Assembly: GCA_026770705.1 (NCBI GenBank)
Contig: JANJGN010000039.1
Location: 6,138,001 to 6,202,000, forward strand
Direction: 5' to 3'
Length of the DNA: 64,000 nt
From: Isurus oxyrinchus
Taxonomy: Eukaryota
Part shown: one piece after another, positions 26,501-37,479 of the stretch
Numbering within the stretch: the stretch's first letter is position 1
How the letters are laid out: each line of letters begins with the position of its first letter
Position numbers and translations under genes: made by a program
Notes under the pieces: generated by a model
The model's input: only the letters and a program-made list of their open reading frames with translations
The model's database searches: none
What the model was told of the DNA's origin: nothing

Positions 26501-27440
26501 CTCCCAAGACCTCGTCACCATAATAGTCTCCTCCCCTAACCCTCCCCCACCCATCGGCACAACAGAGAAAATGATTAGCCCTGCAAAGAATTGGTTTTGG
26601 TCCTGCTTGCGTGCAACTTGTCCAGCTTATACAAACCCCATCTTCCGTAGAATGTGTCCCATTCCCTCAGGAATCTAAATCCCTACACAATTACTCCGTT
26701 TGGACATTGAACTGATCTATCCTCCTTTATCTGATCTCGTTTGCACGTAACACTGGGTGTTATACTGAGATTAAAAACCTTGTTGTTCTGCTTTTTAATT
26801 TGTTTACTCAGCTCCCCATTAGTGCCTTCAGGACCTCGTCTCTACCTTAGCCCATGAGGCTGGTACCATGTGGGTCACTACATGTATTTTCCACCCCCCC
26901 CCCCCCCACCCCGTTCAGAATGTTCTGCAGCAGCTCAGTGACACCCTTGCCCCTAGCAGCAGGGATGAAACATCCCACCCAGCAGTAATACCTGCGACCA
27001 CAGAAACGCCTCTCTGTTCACCTTGCGATATAATACCCTGGCACTATTGCTCTCTCACTGTTCTTTTTAATCTCCCATTCTCTCACCACACTCTCCCCAA
27101 GCTCCCCGTGCTGTTGAACCACTCGAAGCGCAAGGGACTTGGCTCTCGCTGCGTTCCCCTGAGAAACCAACTCGCCAAGCAGTATACACATAGAAAATTT
27201 ATTACAGAGGTGTTTGGGCCCATTAACTGCCCAGTGCCTTTAATCTGCCTGTGGTAACCAATTGCCTTTCTGCCTGTACACACTTTGACTGTGGTATGAC
27301 CATCTCATTGTACGGTTTCCAGGAAGATATCGGCCTTAAGGATGGTCTGCAGTGACACCAGACGCAGCTGCAATTTTCGAGTAGCTGTGGCTGGAGACAT
27401 TTCTGCACACGTGCTCATCACGTGTCCGAATGCATGTTCA
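23510..27440 (-). mobile_element. Near full-length degraded CR1 LINE
   Basis: Minus-strand remnants occur in the correct order: an ORF1-like QKCLQPQLLEN near 27400, endonuclease DHYVGDPTREQFILDLI near 25800, RT LFTLHINDFDEGIKCNNSKFADSKTLG near 24400, and QQAVWKANDILDFITAGLECRSKDDLLHLWRAFVRP near 24100. Confidence 0.85.
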
Positions 27441-27454
27441 GGAAGTAATAGAGA

Positions 27455-28090
27455 ATGGTCATAGAATGCGATTGTATATTAGTATAGAACTTTGAAATAC
27501 ATGGAAGGATGTTATGCTTCAGTTATACAGGGCACTGGTGAGACGCCATCTCGAACGCTGTGAGCAATTTTGTTCCCCTTATTGAACTAAGGCTTTTAAG
27601 GATTAGCGGCTGTTCAGAGGAGCTTCCCTAGATTGGAACCTGGAACGATTGGGTTGTGTTATGACGGTAGCTTAGAGAGGCTGGGTTTGATTCAGCTGGA
27701 TTTTGGCAGAGTTAGGGAGGATTTTTTTTTTGAAATACATAAGTTCCTGAACGGGCTTGACAAGTTTGACAATGAAATAATGTTTAACAGAATTAGTAGG
27801 AATTGTTTAAAAATTAGGAACCGCCTTTAGGACAGAATGAGGAGGTTGTTTTATCCCTCTCAGACGTTGTGTGACTCTGGAACTCTCTGCCTCAGAACGC
27901 ATTGGAGTCTGTCATTGAATGAGTTTAAGGCGAACGTTAACATTTTTTGTCCGGCAATTGAGACAGAAGTTATCGGGGTCAATGGGAAAGTTGAATCATC
28001 AATACAAACAGAGCAACCAGGTTATAACTGAAAGGTGGCGCGGGATCCAGGGGTCCAATGGCCAAATTCTGCTCCACGTTCATGTGTTCT
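27455..28090 (+). mobile_element. CR1 LINE 3' fragment
   Basis: ATGCTTCAGTTATACAGGGCACTGGTGAGACGCCATCTCGAACGCTGTGAGCAATTTTGTTCCCCTTAT translates to MLQLYRALVRRHLERCEQFCSPY, followed by the CR1 3' UTR. Confidence 0.8.
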
Positions 28091-28159
28091 TTAGATGTGA
28101 CACTGGTCTCCAACGTCGCATGGCCGGAGGAATCCAAGTGGCTGATCGGCCCTGCCATA

Positions 28160-28780
28160 ACCTTCCCTTAAATTTATGCCCGAGGCCTCGCTATTTAATC
28201 TGTCCGAAGTATCGCTTTTGAAACTAAATTATGCCTCGCTGTTTAACCTGTTTGAATTCTCACTCTCCAACATTTTTGAAGCCTCCCTGTTAAACCCATT
28301 TGAAGTCGCCCTGTTACACGTGATTAAAGTCGTCATGTTGAACCTGATTGATGTCCCCTATTCAGCATGTTTGCAGTCTCGCTGGTTACCCTGCTTGAAG
28401 TCTGCCTTTTTAAAAATGTTTGAAGTGTCCCTATTCAACCTGCTGCAACTGTTTGACATCTCACCCTTTAAGCAGTCCCGAAGCCTCCCTGTTCAAACGG
28501 CCCGAAATCCCTATGTTTAAACTGCCCAAATTCTCACTGTTTAACCTGCCCAAAGTCTCTCTGTTTACACTGCCACTTAGACAGGCAGTTTGAAACAACT
28601 TAATGATCAACATTTAGCGGTTTGATGTCTGCTTGTTGAAACTGTCCCGACGACTCGCTGCTTAAGTTTCCCAGAGTTTCGCTTTTTAATCTATTTGTTG
28701 TTTCGCAGTTTAAAGCTAATTTAAGTCTCTCTGTTTAATGGGTTTGAAGTCTCGCTGTTTTAACTACGTGAAGCTTCGAG
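28160..28780. repeat. Degenerate 24-bp tandem repeat
   Basis: Consensus about GAAGTCTCCCTGTTTAACCTGTTT. Successive units (GAAGCCTCCCTGTTAAACCCATTT, GAAGTCGCCCTGTTACACGTGATT) give the 8-residue periodicity in ORF 28176-28520. Confidence 0.85.
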
Positions 28781-28809
28781 GTGTGAAAAGTTGTTATTTG
28801 GTACCGAAG

Positions 28810-29210
28810 CTATTTTCACTTGTGTGATTGGCGGCCTGGAATGGCCATGTGCTGGCTATTTTTAGCCATGTATCGAGGGGCAGCCTTCATTTCGGTCCTG
28901 CCCGAAAATGGCGAGCGGCTTCAGAGTGCAGGATTCCTGGCTGCTGCTAAGATGGTGATCGTTCACCAACATGATGTGCTATGCATCGTTCACGCACAGG
29001 ACATTGAAGCAGTGAGAATTCTTTCATTTTCTGTTCCTCTCCTTGTTAACAATGGGGGGCCGCAAAAACAACATTGGGAATCCGGCATTCCGACAAAAGC
29101 ATAGAACGTCTGAACTTTCATCTTCCTGCTGGGAGAGAGAAGGATTATTCCCCTCACCCAGCTAGCCGCCATCCAGCATTTCATGTACTGCCATTGATAC
29201 GTGCAACACG
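28810..29210. other. Unidentified dispersed element, copy 1 (homologous to 53240-53640)
   Basis: Shared colinear blocks: GGAATGGC, CCATGTAYCGA..GGGGCAGCCTTCAT, GTTCACCAACRTGATGTRCTRTGCAT and CAGTSAGAATTCTTTCA. Confidence 0.6.
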
Positions 29211-29709
29211 AGACAGCGATAGTTTAATACACACAGCAGGAATATTTTATGATATTCAAGTTAAAACCTGCTTCAGTTTTGTTACACCCGATGTACTTGT
29301 ACATTGGCTTTTGAAATGAAATGAATTAAATGATGAAAATTGACTACTTGCAGCAGACAGGATACCTTTTTTTTACAACCATGATGATTGTCTTTTCCAA
29401 ACGACTCATCATTCAACAGACTAACACGGGAAATCGCATGGCAGCACCAAGGGTCTGGTTCAAGAGGCAGTGTCCGGATGAAAGCAATTACTCAGGTGTA
29501 AAAGTGGGTATTCAGGAAGCGATAGGAGACTAAGTAATACAGATGGTTAGTGTCATTGTCTATTGGAGAGAAAGTAGGAAAGAATACGTAGAGATGGGAG
29601 AGAAAGAGAAAGGCAGTAAGAGAGGCAGGACAATTAAAAGTATATCACGTATGAGTATTGCACCATGATGCACTGCTGAACGTTCAAGTACGTTAATAAC
29701 AAACATCGA

Positions 29710-30230
29710 TTAAAACCCAAGAGTGCATTCGGCCCAGCATGTCTGTGCCTGCCCTGAATAAGAGTAACACTCCTCTGCACCTACCCCGCTTTCTCCGGAT
29801 AGCCGTGCAATTGTTTGCTCTTCAAATAATCATCCAAGCATATTTTTGAACGTCTCAATTGAATCTGCTCCCAACACATTATTCGGTGAGCACCCAAGAT
29901 CCTGACCAATTGCTGTATAATGAAGAACGGACGAATGTCACTTTTGTCTCTTATTCCAATTACCTAAAATTGGCTCTCTATAGTTCCACAAAGAATAACA
30001 ATTCATCCCTTCTTTTCTGTGCAAACTAATTATTTTCACCACCTCTTGATCTCCACTTTGACTTCTCTTCTACAGGAAAGACAATCCCAAATTTTGCATT
30101 CCAGATACACAAAGGAACTTCTTCATCCCTGCATCTTTGTTGGCGAACTATTAGCAACTTCCTTCTTCCCTGCACACACTTCCTCCAGAAACGGTGGCCT
30201 GAACAGGAAAGAATACTCCATTTCAAGACG
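29710..30230 (-). mobile_element. CR1 LINE 3' end
   Basis: GCATTCGGCCCAGCATGTCTGTGCC...AATTGAATCTGCTCCCAACAC resembles the antisense CR1 3' UTR. Confidence 0.55.
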
Positions 30231-30249
30231 AGCAAAATGCCCATCCAGG

Positions 30250-30900
30250 CCTATCAATGCTCTTCTACTTTGCACGCTCCCCAAAGCCTCTATAACATCT
30301 GCGACATGCAGGTCAAGGTTATTTTGTAATTTCTGCGAGAAGTTTGACACGACAACTAACAAAGCATTCTTATTGATTGAACTCCATCCAATAGCTATAA
30401 CAAACACTCCGTCCATTATCGGGGCACAAGACTTTCCATGTGTGCTAAATACAGGATATTCTGCAACGAGTTACTAAAAACTTGACGGTACATTCCAAAT
30501 GTACAACCTTGTTGGCCTAGAAGAACAAGGGCAGCATGTACATTGGAAGAATATAGCAAACAGTAGCTCAAGGAAGGCGTTTTGTCCTTTAGAGCCTGCT
30601 GCACGCATCAACTGATCTTCAACCTCATATTGACCTCCGTGTACAATCATCATATCTCTCAATTAACATGGTACATGAACAGGCATTGGACATATTCATC
30701 GTCTAACTGGCAGAAGTGTATCGCCATTCTATCATCATCATATATATCGATCTATCTCCCTTTCGAATTTCCCAGATACGGCAACAACACGAAAAAGACC
30801 AATTATCGTGAAATGTTGTGAATTTAAGACATGGTGTGGATTTTGCAACTGGGGGACTTTCAAAGTTCCCAGTAATTTTATGTTTGTCAAATTCTCATTC
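30250..30900 (+). mobile_element. Decayed non-LTR retrotransposon RT fragment
   Basis: Remnants resemble RT domains 3-4: ...EKFD...AFLLIEL, and GTAGCTCAAGGAAGGCGTTTTGTCC approximating VPQGSVLSP, followed by LIFNL. Confidence 0.35.
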
Positions 30901-31624
30901 TGATCTTGCGGATGTTCAATTCCCATTTATTTTTTGAACGGGGTAAATAAGCATAATAATAAATTCTGTGGTCTCATTATTAGCACAATGGTTTTAGAAA
31001 CCTGTCTGCAGTATTCACTGAAGGGCCATGTGGTTTTCATATATTTTGATTAATTGATTTGTAATTCGAAATCCAAAAAAAAATCAACCTATATTATTCA
31101 CAAGTTGTTTTCTTCTCTCAGGGTGACAACTGTGTAGGTTAAAGGTTCAATGCCTCTTCAGTTGTGTTGCTATGATCAATAGATTTCCCATGAGTCGCGC
31201 AAAGTTCATATGTACGAACAGCAAGTCAACTAGAATGATGTGTTTCTGTTTCCAAAGAAATACGGTAGAGAAATGGTGATCTTTTAGGACAATTATACTG
31301 ACAATTATTGCAGAGACCACATCTAAGATACTGTGTATAGTTTTGATCTCCAACTTTAAGTAATTATTACAATTCATTCGAATCAGTTCAGATAGCGTTC
31401 ACGCTGCGGATGCCTGGAAGCGGAGTTGGTGGAGGGTGGTGATGGTTGTGGTGTAATCTTATTTGAAAGATTGGACAGCCAGTGCCCATTGAAATTTGGA
31501 AAATCAAACGTTGCCCTTAATGAAACAGGTAGGATCCTGAAGAATTTTACATTCTGCATGTAAACAGTGTGTTTCTCTTGTGGGTGAGTTTGGAACAAAG
31601 CGAACACATTTTTCTACTTTTCGG

Positions 31625-31900
31625 TCTCCCGTTTAAAACAGAGATGGGAAGGTTTTTATTTCACTCAGAAAGTTGAATGGCTTTGGAACTCTCTTCTCCG
31701 GAGAGTGGTAGGCTCAGGCTGATGGAATATTTTTCAGGCAGGGGTCGTCAGTCTCTTTACAACCAACGATGTGAAACGTAATCGGAGGTGGACGGAATGT
31801 GGAATTGAGGCCACAATCAGATGAGCCACAATGGAATTTAATGGCGGACATGACTCGAGGAGCCGAATTCTCTCGGCCTGCTCGGGATTTCTTTGTTTGT
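31625..31900 (+). mobile_element. CR1 LINE 3' end
   Basis: TTTAAAACAGAGATGGGAAGGTTTTTATTCACTCAGAAAGTTG...TGGAACTCTCT (FKTEM...FFTQ.V..LWNSL) plus the 3' UTR ACTCGAGGAGCCGAAT. Confidence 0.75.
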
Positions 31901-31959
31901 GTTTTTCCAATACCATGTGCAGCTGTGTCTCCCATTGAATGCTAGAATCTCTGATCCTT

Positions 31960-32310
31960 GCATTTAAAGTATGGTTTCCTCATGCATGAATTCAGTTTGC
32001 CCTTGTACCTAAACCAGATCCTCTTGTCCCAACACCTCACCCTCCTGGAGATTCTGAAAGCTGCGTTCTTTCTCTTCCTCCAATCTCGATAACTCACTGG
32101 CACTCTGCCCAGCTCCATCTGTCCCACCCCCTCTAACAGCTTATATTTCAGCACATTTCTATTGTTTTACTCCTGATGAAGAGTCATGCGGACTCGAAAC
32201 GTTAACCCTGTCTTCATTTCCACAGATGCTGTCAGACTTGCTGACTTTTTCCAGCTATTATTGTTCTTGTTCGATCACTCACTGGTTCAGATTCCGGCTT
32301 CCGCTTCTAA
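31960..32310 (+). mobile_element. Penelope-like element fragment with pseudo-LTR
   Basis: CAGCTTATATTTC...CTGATGAAGAGTCATGCGGACTCGAAACGTTAAC...AGATGCTGTCAGACTTGCTGA is homologous to 16340-16470. Confidence 0.75.
32169..32207 (+). ncRNA. Minimal hammerhead ribozyme motif with intact catalytic core
   Basis: CTGATGA (32173-32179), A, a perfect stem II GAGTC/ATGCG/GACTC, GAAA (32196-32199), the palindromic AACGTT, and a GUU cleavage triplet. Stem I is imperfect. Confidence 0.6.
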
Positions 32311-32766
32311 ATCCATCCGAAAAGTGAAATTGCCAGCCGTGGCTGTCCGGCCTTTCCCGTTTTCTAACACCCGCTGTTGACACTTTAAAACCAATGGAAT
32401 AAAGAACTTCTACCTGCTACTGTCCCATGGCATCCCAATATATAGTTTGGAGCAAAATTTCACTTGCATCGTTATATCCACGTTCAGCTGATTCGTGCAT
32501 TGAGCACAACGCCCTCACTCAGTACTTCCAGTGGATTGTATACAGACATTGTTTACTTCATTTTTGCAATTGCCCCGGGGTATTGTTGATAAAGGTATTT
32601 AGATACATTTTTGTGACTGAATGTTTTGCCCAGGTCATTTATCAGTTTAGATATTTAATGCAACAAAGAGCTGGGATTTTAGCCCAGTTCGAGGCACGCT
32701 GTTCCCTTGTCTCCATATCTGATTAATCACTTTTGGGTATTTTCTTCCTGCTTTTGTCTGCTCCAG

Positions 32767-33043
32767 GTAAATTCCGGGAGGTTTTGTTCCTGAAGCGATG
32801 AAAGTGTTCTACCTCAAAATGTGTTTTTTGCTACTTGGAGTGAATGGCAGACACCAAATTCCTTGTTGTTATCACAGATCCAATACTAAGAGGGAGTTGT
32901 CAGGAGGAACTCCCAGTTTTATATATGTACAACAGTCGGATGTTTAGGTGCACTGCGGTTCCTAAACTTTCAACAAAAATCACCTTGTTCTGCTTCACTG
33001 ACGCCTTTACCTATGGTCCTTTAGAGGATATTTCTTGCAAGAA
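32767..33043 (+). pseudogene. GPR139-like GPCR pseudogene (exon 2, TM1-TM3)
   Basis: After a pyrimidine tract and CCAG acceptor in phase 1, it reads KFREVLFLKR*KCSTSKCVFCYLE*MADTKFLVVITDPILRG...FCFTDAFTYGPLEDISCKK. This aligns with NLVTIVILRRRRCGLSNCVTRYLEAMAVADLLVIILDLILR...VWFTVTFTLDRFVAICCPK of the intact gene. TGA stops lie at 32799 and 32841. Confidence 0.8.
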
Positions 33044-33062
33044 GCATTTGCATTTATTCACG

Positions 33063-33205
33063 NNNNNNNNNNNNNNNNNNNNNNNNNNNNNNNNNNNNNN
33101 NNNNNNNNNNNNNNNNNNNNNNNNNNNNNNNNNNNNNNNNNNNNNNNNNNNNNNNNNNNNNNNNNNNNNNNNNNNNNNNNNNNNNNNNNNNNNNNNNNNN
33201 NNNNN
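33063..33205. other. Assembly gap (143 N)
   Basis: Run of N, flanked on the right by a CT-rich tract. Confidence 1.
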
Positions 33206-33449
33206 TCTCGCTCATTCTCTAATTCACTTGCTGTATAACTCTATCGTGCTCTCATTCTCTGTCACCCTTGCTCTCTGTGCCTCGGTCTCTCACCCTCTCG
33301 CTTGCTATTTCTCATTTTAATTAATCCGTTCAATGTTAAGTCTTCTATTTGTGTAGCCATCTGTCCATCTATCAGCCTGTAGGTCTGCCTGTCTAACAAT
33401 GTTGATGATTGGTTTTCACGACGCTATCACAGATCAGTATCCAAGCAAT

Positions 33450-34260
33450 AAAAAAGTGTCAGCGTGGTACCTTGTGTGAGGTTACACCAGTTCTATGTTA
33501 GCATTACCGATTGCAAAATTTGCATATCAAACTTGTACCAGCGGGATAATTAAACTTTGTCCGCGCACGCTTTGCTTGAAGGGTTTTTTATCCTCTTCTC
33601 CTCAAGTTTTGAAATCATTGGTTGATTTCTCAATTTGGCTGTGCCCAAGGTTTGCATACATTTTCACGTTTATATTTTTAAATGTGTTCTTCAATTGCTG
33701 GGGGTTTCTTTTTTTGGCCCACAAGATATTGCACGTTGCATTGCCAGAGGAATCCACGGGCATATCTGGGCAGGGTATCTGTTCTCTCTACAAGCTTGAT
33801 TGTCACAGACAAGCATCCCACATGTGCCCTGTTTGGACATGGAGTGGGCCCCGAAACAGAAAACGGTGGCAAACAACTGTGCTTTCCGCATTACTTCCCC
33901 TGGGGCTTCAGGCCTTTTCATTTACATATATATACTTTGATCTAAATTGATAAAAGTTTATTTCTCAGCATCAATTTCTGGGACAATTGTTCACCATCCC
34001 CTATAGTATTCACCTGTTCCTCAGGTATATACACCCCGGAATTGTCTTGACAGCAGACGTAATTCCTTTTTTTTGGCGTTTCAGTTTGAAAATTTTTCTC
34101 TCATAAGGAGAGCGACTGACATAATCTGTTTGTTGAATGACTGAAACAAATTGATTTCTTCAGGCAGTATGAATGCGTTAATGGAGATTTATCTGCTATA
34201 TAAATAGGAGTTTCTCTGAAAGTATCATCTCATGATTTCCAGCAGTCTCAGTATAACTGC
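33450..34260 (-). mobile_element. Gypsy-type gag remnant
   Basis: The minus strand has PEEQVNTIG and a Cys/His-rich decayed zinc-knuckle-like segment (CFGAHSMSKQGTCGMLVCD). Confidence 0.35.
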
Positions 34261-34409
34261 TTCAGCAGCAGTTTCTTAGTGCTTATCACAGTGACTAGAA
34301 TTTGTTATGCTTCATCATTTGCTGACCATTTACAAAACTGTTGCAGAATCTCTCGTGGCACCATGTACGTGGATTCACATATTCTCAGGCAAACAATATA
34401 CACTGCTGA

Positions 34410-34720
34410 TTTTCCTTCCATTCAGGGGATATGGGCAACGTTAGCTAAGCCAGCATTAATTGCCTTTCCGCAATTGTCCTTCAGAATTTCGTGGTGAGCT
34501 CTCTTTTCCAGCTGCTGCAGCCTGTGTGGTGTAGGTTGTTTTGGATGTTCAGCACTTTGACACAGAGACAGCGAGGTAACGGCGACATATTTCCAAATCA
34601 GGGCGATGTGTGGTTTGGAGGGTAACTTCCAGCTGGTTGCATTCGCAAATATCTATTGCTCTATTCTTGCTAGATGGTAGCGCCTGTGGGTTTGCAAAAT
34701 TAACAAAAGGACGTCATGCA
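34410..34720 (-). mobile_element. CR1-type LINE 3' end
   Basis: CCATTCAGGGGATATGGGCAACGTTAGCTAAGCCAGCATTAATTGCC...GTGGTGAGCT is homologous to 3683-3930. Confidence 0.65.
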
Positions 34721-34862
34721 CGCAAAAGGTGGCAGTTTTTCTCTGTTCCCTGTTCCGAATGCTATGGTGCCAGTTCTAACCCGATATTCTGTGTTTAACT
34801 AATGTGGTATCTCCTTCTGGCTCTCCGATGGGTTTACCATGTTTCTTTTTCTTTCTGAAATG

Positions 34863-34870
34863 TATTTAAA
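34863..34870 (+). promoter_or_regulatory. TATA-like box upstream of the orphan GPCR exon 1
   Basis: TATTTAAA about 90 bp upstream of the ATG at 34957. It parallels the TATTTATA upstream of the intact gene. Confidence 0.35.
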
Positions 34871-34956
34871 GGATACCGAGATTTGTATGTTTCAACTCAG
34901 ACCTTCTATTATTTGCTGTGTATCCATCTCAGCAGGAAAGTCTCCTTCTCATAAAG

Positions 34957-35026
34957 ATGGCAAAACTGAGACTTCGCCAGATTGAAGACATTTACTATTC
35001 TATTCTCGGGGCTACTGGTGTACCTG
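34957..35026 (+). pseudogene. GPR139-like GPCR exon 1 (open frame; probable partner is the defective exon 2 at 43378)
   Basis: AAGATGG start context. Reads MAKLRLRQIEDIYYSILGATGVP plus G, then a GTGAG donor at 35027. It has the same phase-1 position and TM1 motif as YFPILALVGVS-G|GTAAG in the intact gene. Confidence 0.75.
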
Positions 35027-35544
35027 GTGAGAGCATAAAAACATCATTGGATGTATAAATGGATGTTGACTTTGTTCTCAAACGACGTTTCTGATAACGT
35101 GAAATGGTTTCTTTACTGTTGGAGAGTGTTCAAAGCTGAGATGCCAATTTAACCTGAACGTCACCTGATTTCTTATTTTTGCTGCATCTCTCATACGGGA
35201 GTTTCCAGTGATGACATTTTATTTATTCTATAGGGAATGTTTTGTAACTGGGTGGACGCTGCAATAAATGTTATAACCAAGTGCAAACCGAGCTTGACGT
35301 TGTCGATACCACAATCTGTGCAAATCAATGCAAGATTCACCTTGAAATAATTGAAAGTGTTGGCTAATGGTTTCCAACGGTTTTGCAATATTGCCAGCAC
35401 GGAATCCCTGCCAAATCCCTTACATTTTGAGGCAGCAATAATTTTTACAGCTCAGTATGCAGGAAGGAGAGCTGGGCTGAAAGATAAAGCTCTGCGTGCT
35501 GAGGACAATCGACTATCTTCCTTGTTTGTATATAGATTGAAAGA

Positions 35545-35950
35545 TATTCATTTCTGTAGCATCTTTTATCGACCACCTTAATACATTTACATGAAGTATA
35601 GACACTGTAGTAACGCAGATGTGCGACAGTCAGTTTGTGCTCTGGAAGCTTCCACACGCAGCACATTGACAATGACCCGATGATCTTTGTTTGTGAGTTT
35701 TAGCAGAGGTATTTCTATCAGTCAGGGCACAAACGGTTAAGAACAGCTTGTTCTTCAAAATGGTGGCAAGCTTTTTTCTTCTTACGGTTAACCCGTGAAT
35801 CCATTTTATATACGTTCTGAAAGTTGCTACTTCAGACAATGCATAACTACCTCACTACGGCAATGGAGCATTAGCTGAGAATTTTGTTCTCAAGTGCTGC
35901 CGCCGGACATAAATCGGTAACATCTATCTCATCATGGGGATTGGTACGGA
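35545..35950 (-). mobile_element. Deu-domain SINE (SacSINE1/AmnSINE-related), decayed
   Basis: The minus strand reads ...CCATTTTGAAGAACAAG...AGATCATCGGGTCATTGTCAATGTGCTGCGTGTGGAAGCTT...ACAAACTGACTGTCGCACATCTGCGTTACTACAGTGTCTATACTTCA, matching the DeuSINE core and tail as I recall it. Confidence 0.6.
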
Positions 35951-36179
35951 GTCGTAGGTGGTACAATATTGAAACAGCAATGCAACCTGAGCACATATCT
36001 CATTCTCATTTTTGTGCTCAATTTAACTTCTCACCAACCACTTCCTGCTGCAGTAAACCACACTACCAAATATAAGTGATTTACATTGAGAATTGAAGTG
36101 GATCGATATTATGAATTTTCGGACATTCCTGTCCCTTTGGAAAGCCCACATTGCAATCATATGCAGGTGCTTACAAAGG

Positions 36180-36660
36180 GACATAGGAACCTAAGAAATG
36201 GGAGTAGAAGTTGGCCATTCGGACGCTCGAGCTTGATCCACTATTGAAGTATCTCATGGCTGAAATCATGTCTCAAGCTATTTTCTTGCAATATCTCATA
36301 GTTATGTTGCATTTAATGTTTACAGATTGGCTCATTTATGCCTTCAACATACGCAATGGTTGAACCACCACCGCAGCTGAAAGGAAATAATTTCGAACAT
36401 TCATCACCCTCTGAGTGAATAAATTTCTGCTCACCTCAGTCATAAATATCATATTTTTGTTCTGAAATTGTGTCTCCGGCTTTCAGTCAACCCCGATATG
36501 GGAAGCATCCAACCTGCATCTACACCACTGAAGCTCTAAGAAAGGTTTGTGCTTCTATGAGATCACTCCTTATTTACCAAAGGTCCAAAGAGCTTGGGCT
36601 CAGTCTCGCCAATGCCTCCACATAGGCCAATCCCACCTAATTCCCAATTATATAAGGTGT
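36180..36660 (-). mobile_element. CR1 LINE 3' end
   Basis: ACATAGGAACCTAAGAAATGGGAGTAGAAGTTGGCCATTCGG...CACCCTCTGAGTGAATAAATTTC is an antisense CR1 tail. Confidence 0.7.
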
Positions 36661-36669
36661 AAGTCTAGT

Positions 36670-37370
36670 GAACTCTCCATTTCGCACTCCCTCACGTGTT
36701 ATCCTTACAATCAACCCCCATCGTCTCCAAATACAGACCATGACAATTTTACTTTTTTTTTATTTTGGAAAGAAGACCGGCAGTGTTTATGATACACTGC
36801 TTGAGATGAGGCCCATCAGTCACTCTGTTTGCTCTCCAATACTCAATTGCTTCACCAGTGAAACTCAATCGTAATTTTAGGAAGTATTGGGGCTTCTCGT
36901 TCACGGTTGTACAATTATCATTCACACGCCCTCATAGCCTGAATCAGCTTTTGCCTTCAAGAAGAAACCGGTCAGAAAGTAACATTTTCAACACGTCAGT
37001 GGCTGAATCAAAATCCATAACGAAGTTGGAAATCTCCAATTGCTTTCCAATGGCCTTGTAATTTCTCAACCCCCCACAATCAGTCTGTTGGGCACCTTGG
37101 GTGACATGAAACTTAACCGTAGCTGCCATGTAAAAGTTGGCCTCGAAAAGTAGGTCAGACATTAGAAAATACACTGAGAGTATCTCATCTATTAAGATTC
37201 AGATTCAGGGCACCATCAACTGCGCGTGTATTAGGAGAATGGTTAACAAACTGAGATGGCCGGGATTATTTCAGTGACAACAACAATTCAAAAACTCAGC
37301 ACAAGAAGAATGAAGTTGGCTGCTTGATCGGTATCACAACCATCACCATAAATGTTCCACACGATAATTA
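36670..37370 (+). mobile_element. CR1-type LINE RT fragment
   Basis: CCAATACTCAATTGCTTCACCAGTGAA...GTTCACGGTTGTACAATT approximates the FSCFINDLPS...FADDCT region. It is sense-strand homologous to 7355-7720 and 4000-4100. Confidence 0.5.
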
Positions 37371-37479
37371 CAGTGTTGGGGATCTGTCAGCCTTGTGAAT
37401 ACATATTCTGGTTTGTGCACAACTCTGCTGCAGCTGATTGTTCAGAGCGCCTGGTGAATGCCCAATTTTGAGTTGTTGA

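Noticed and set aside
31115-31610. Possible plus-strand GPCR ghost (acceptor-like site, INRF...ICTN, NETGRILKNFTFC)
   Set aside because: Identity is too low and TM3-TM7 spacing too short to support by eye. It needs an HMM test.
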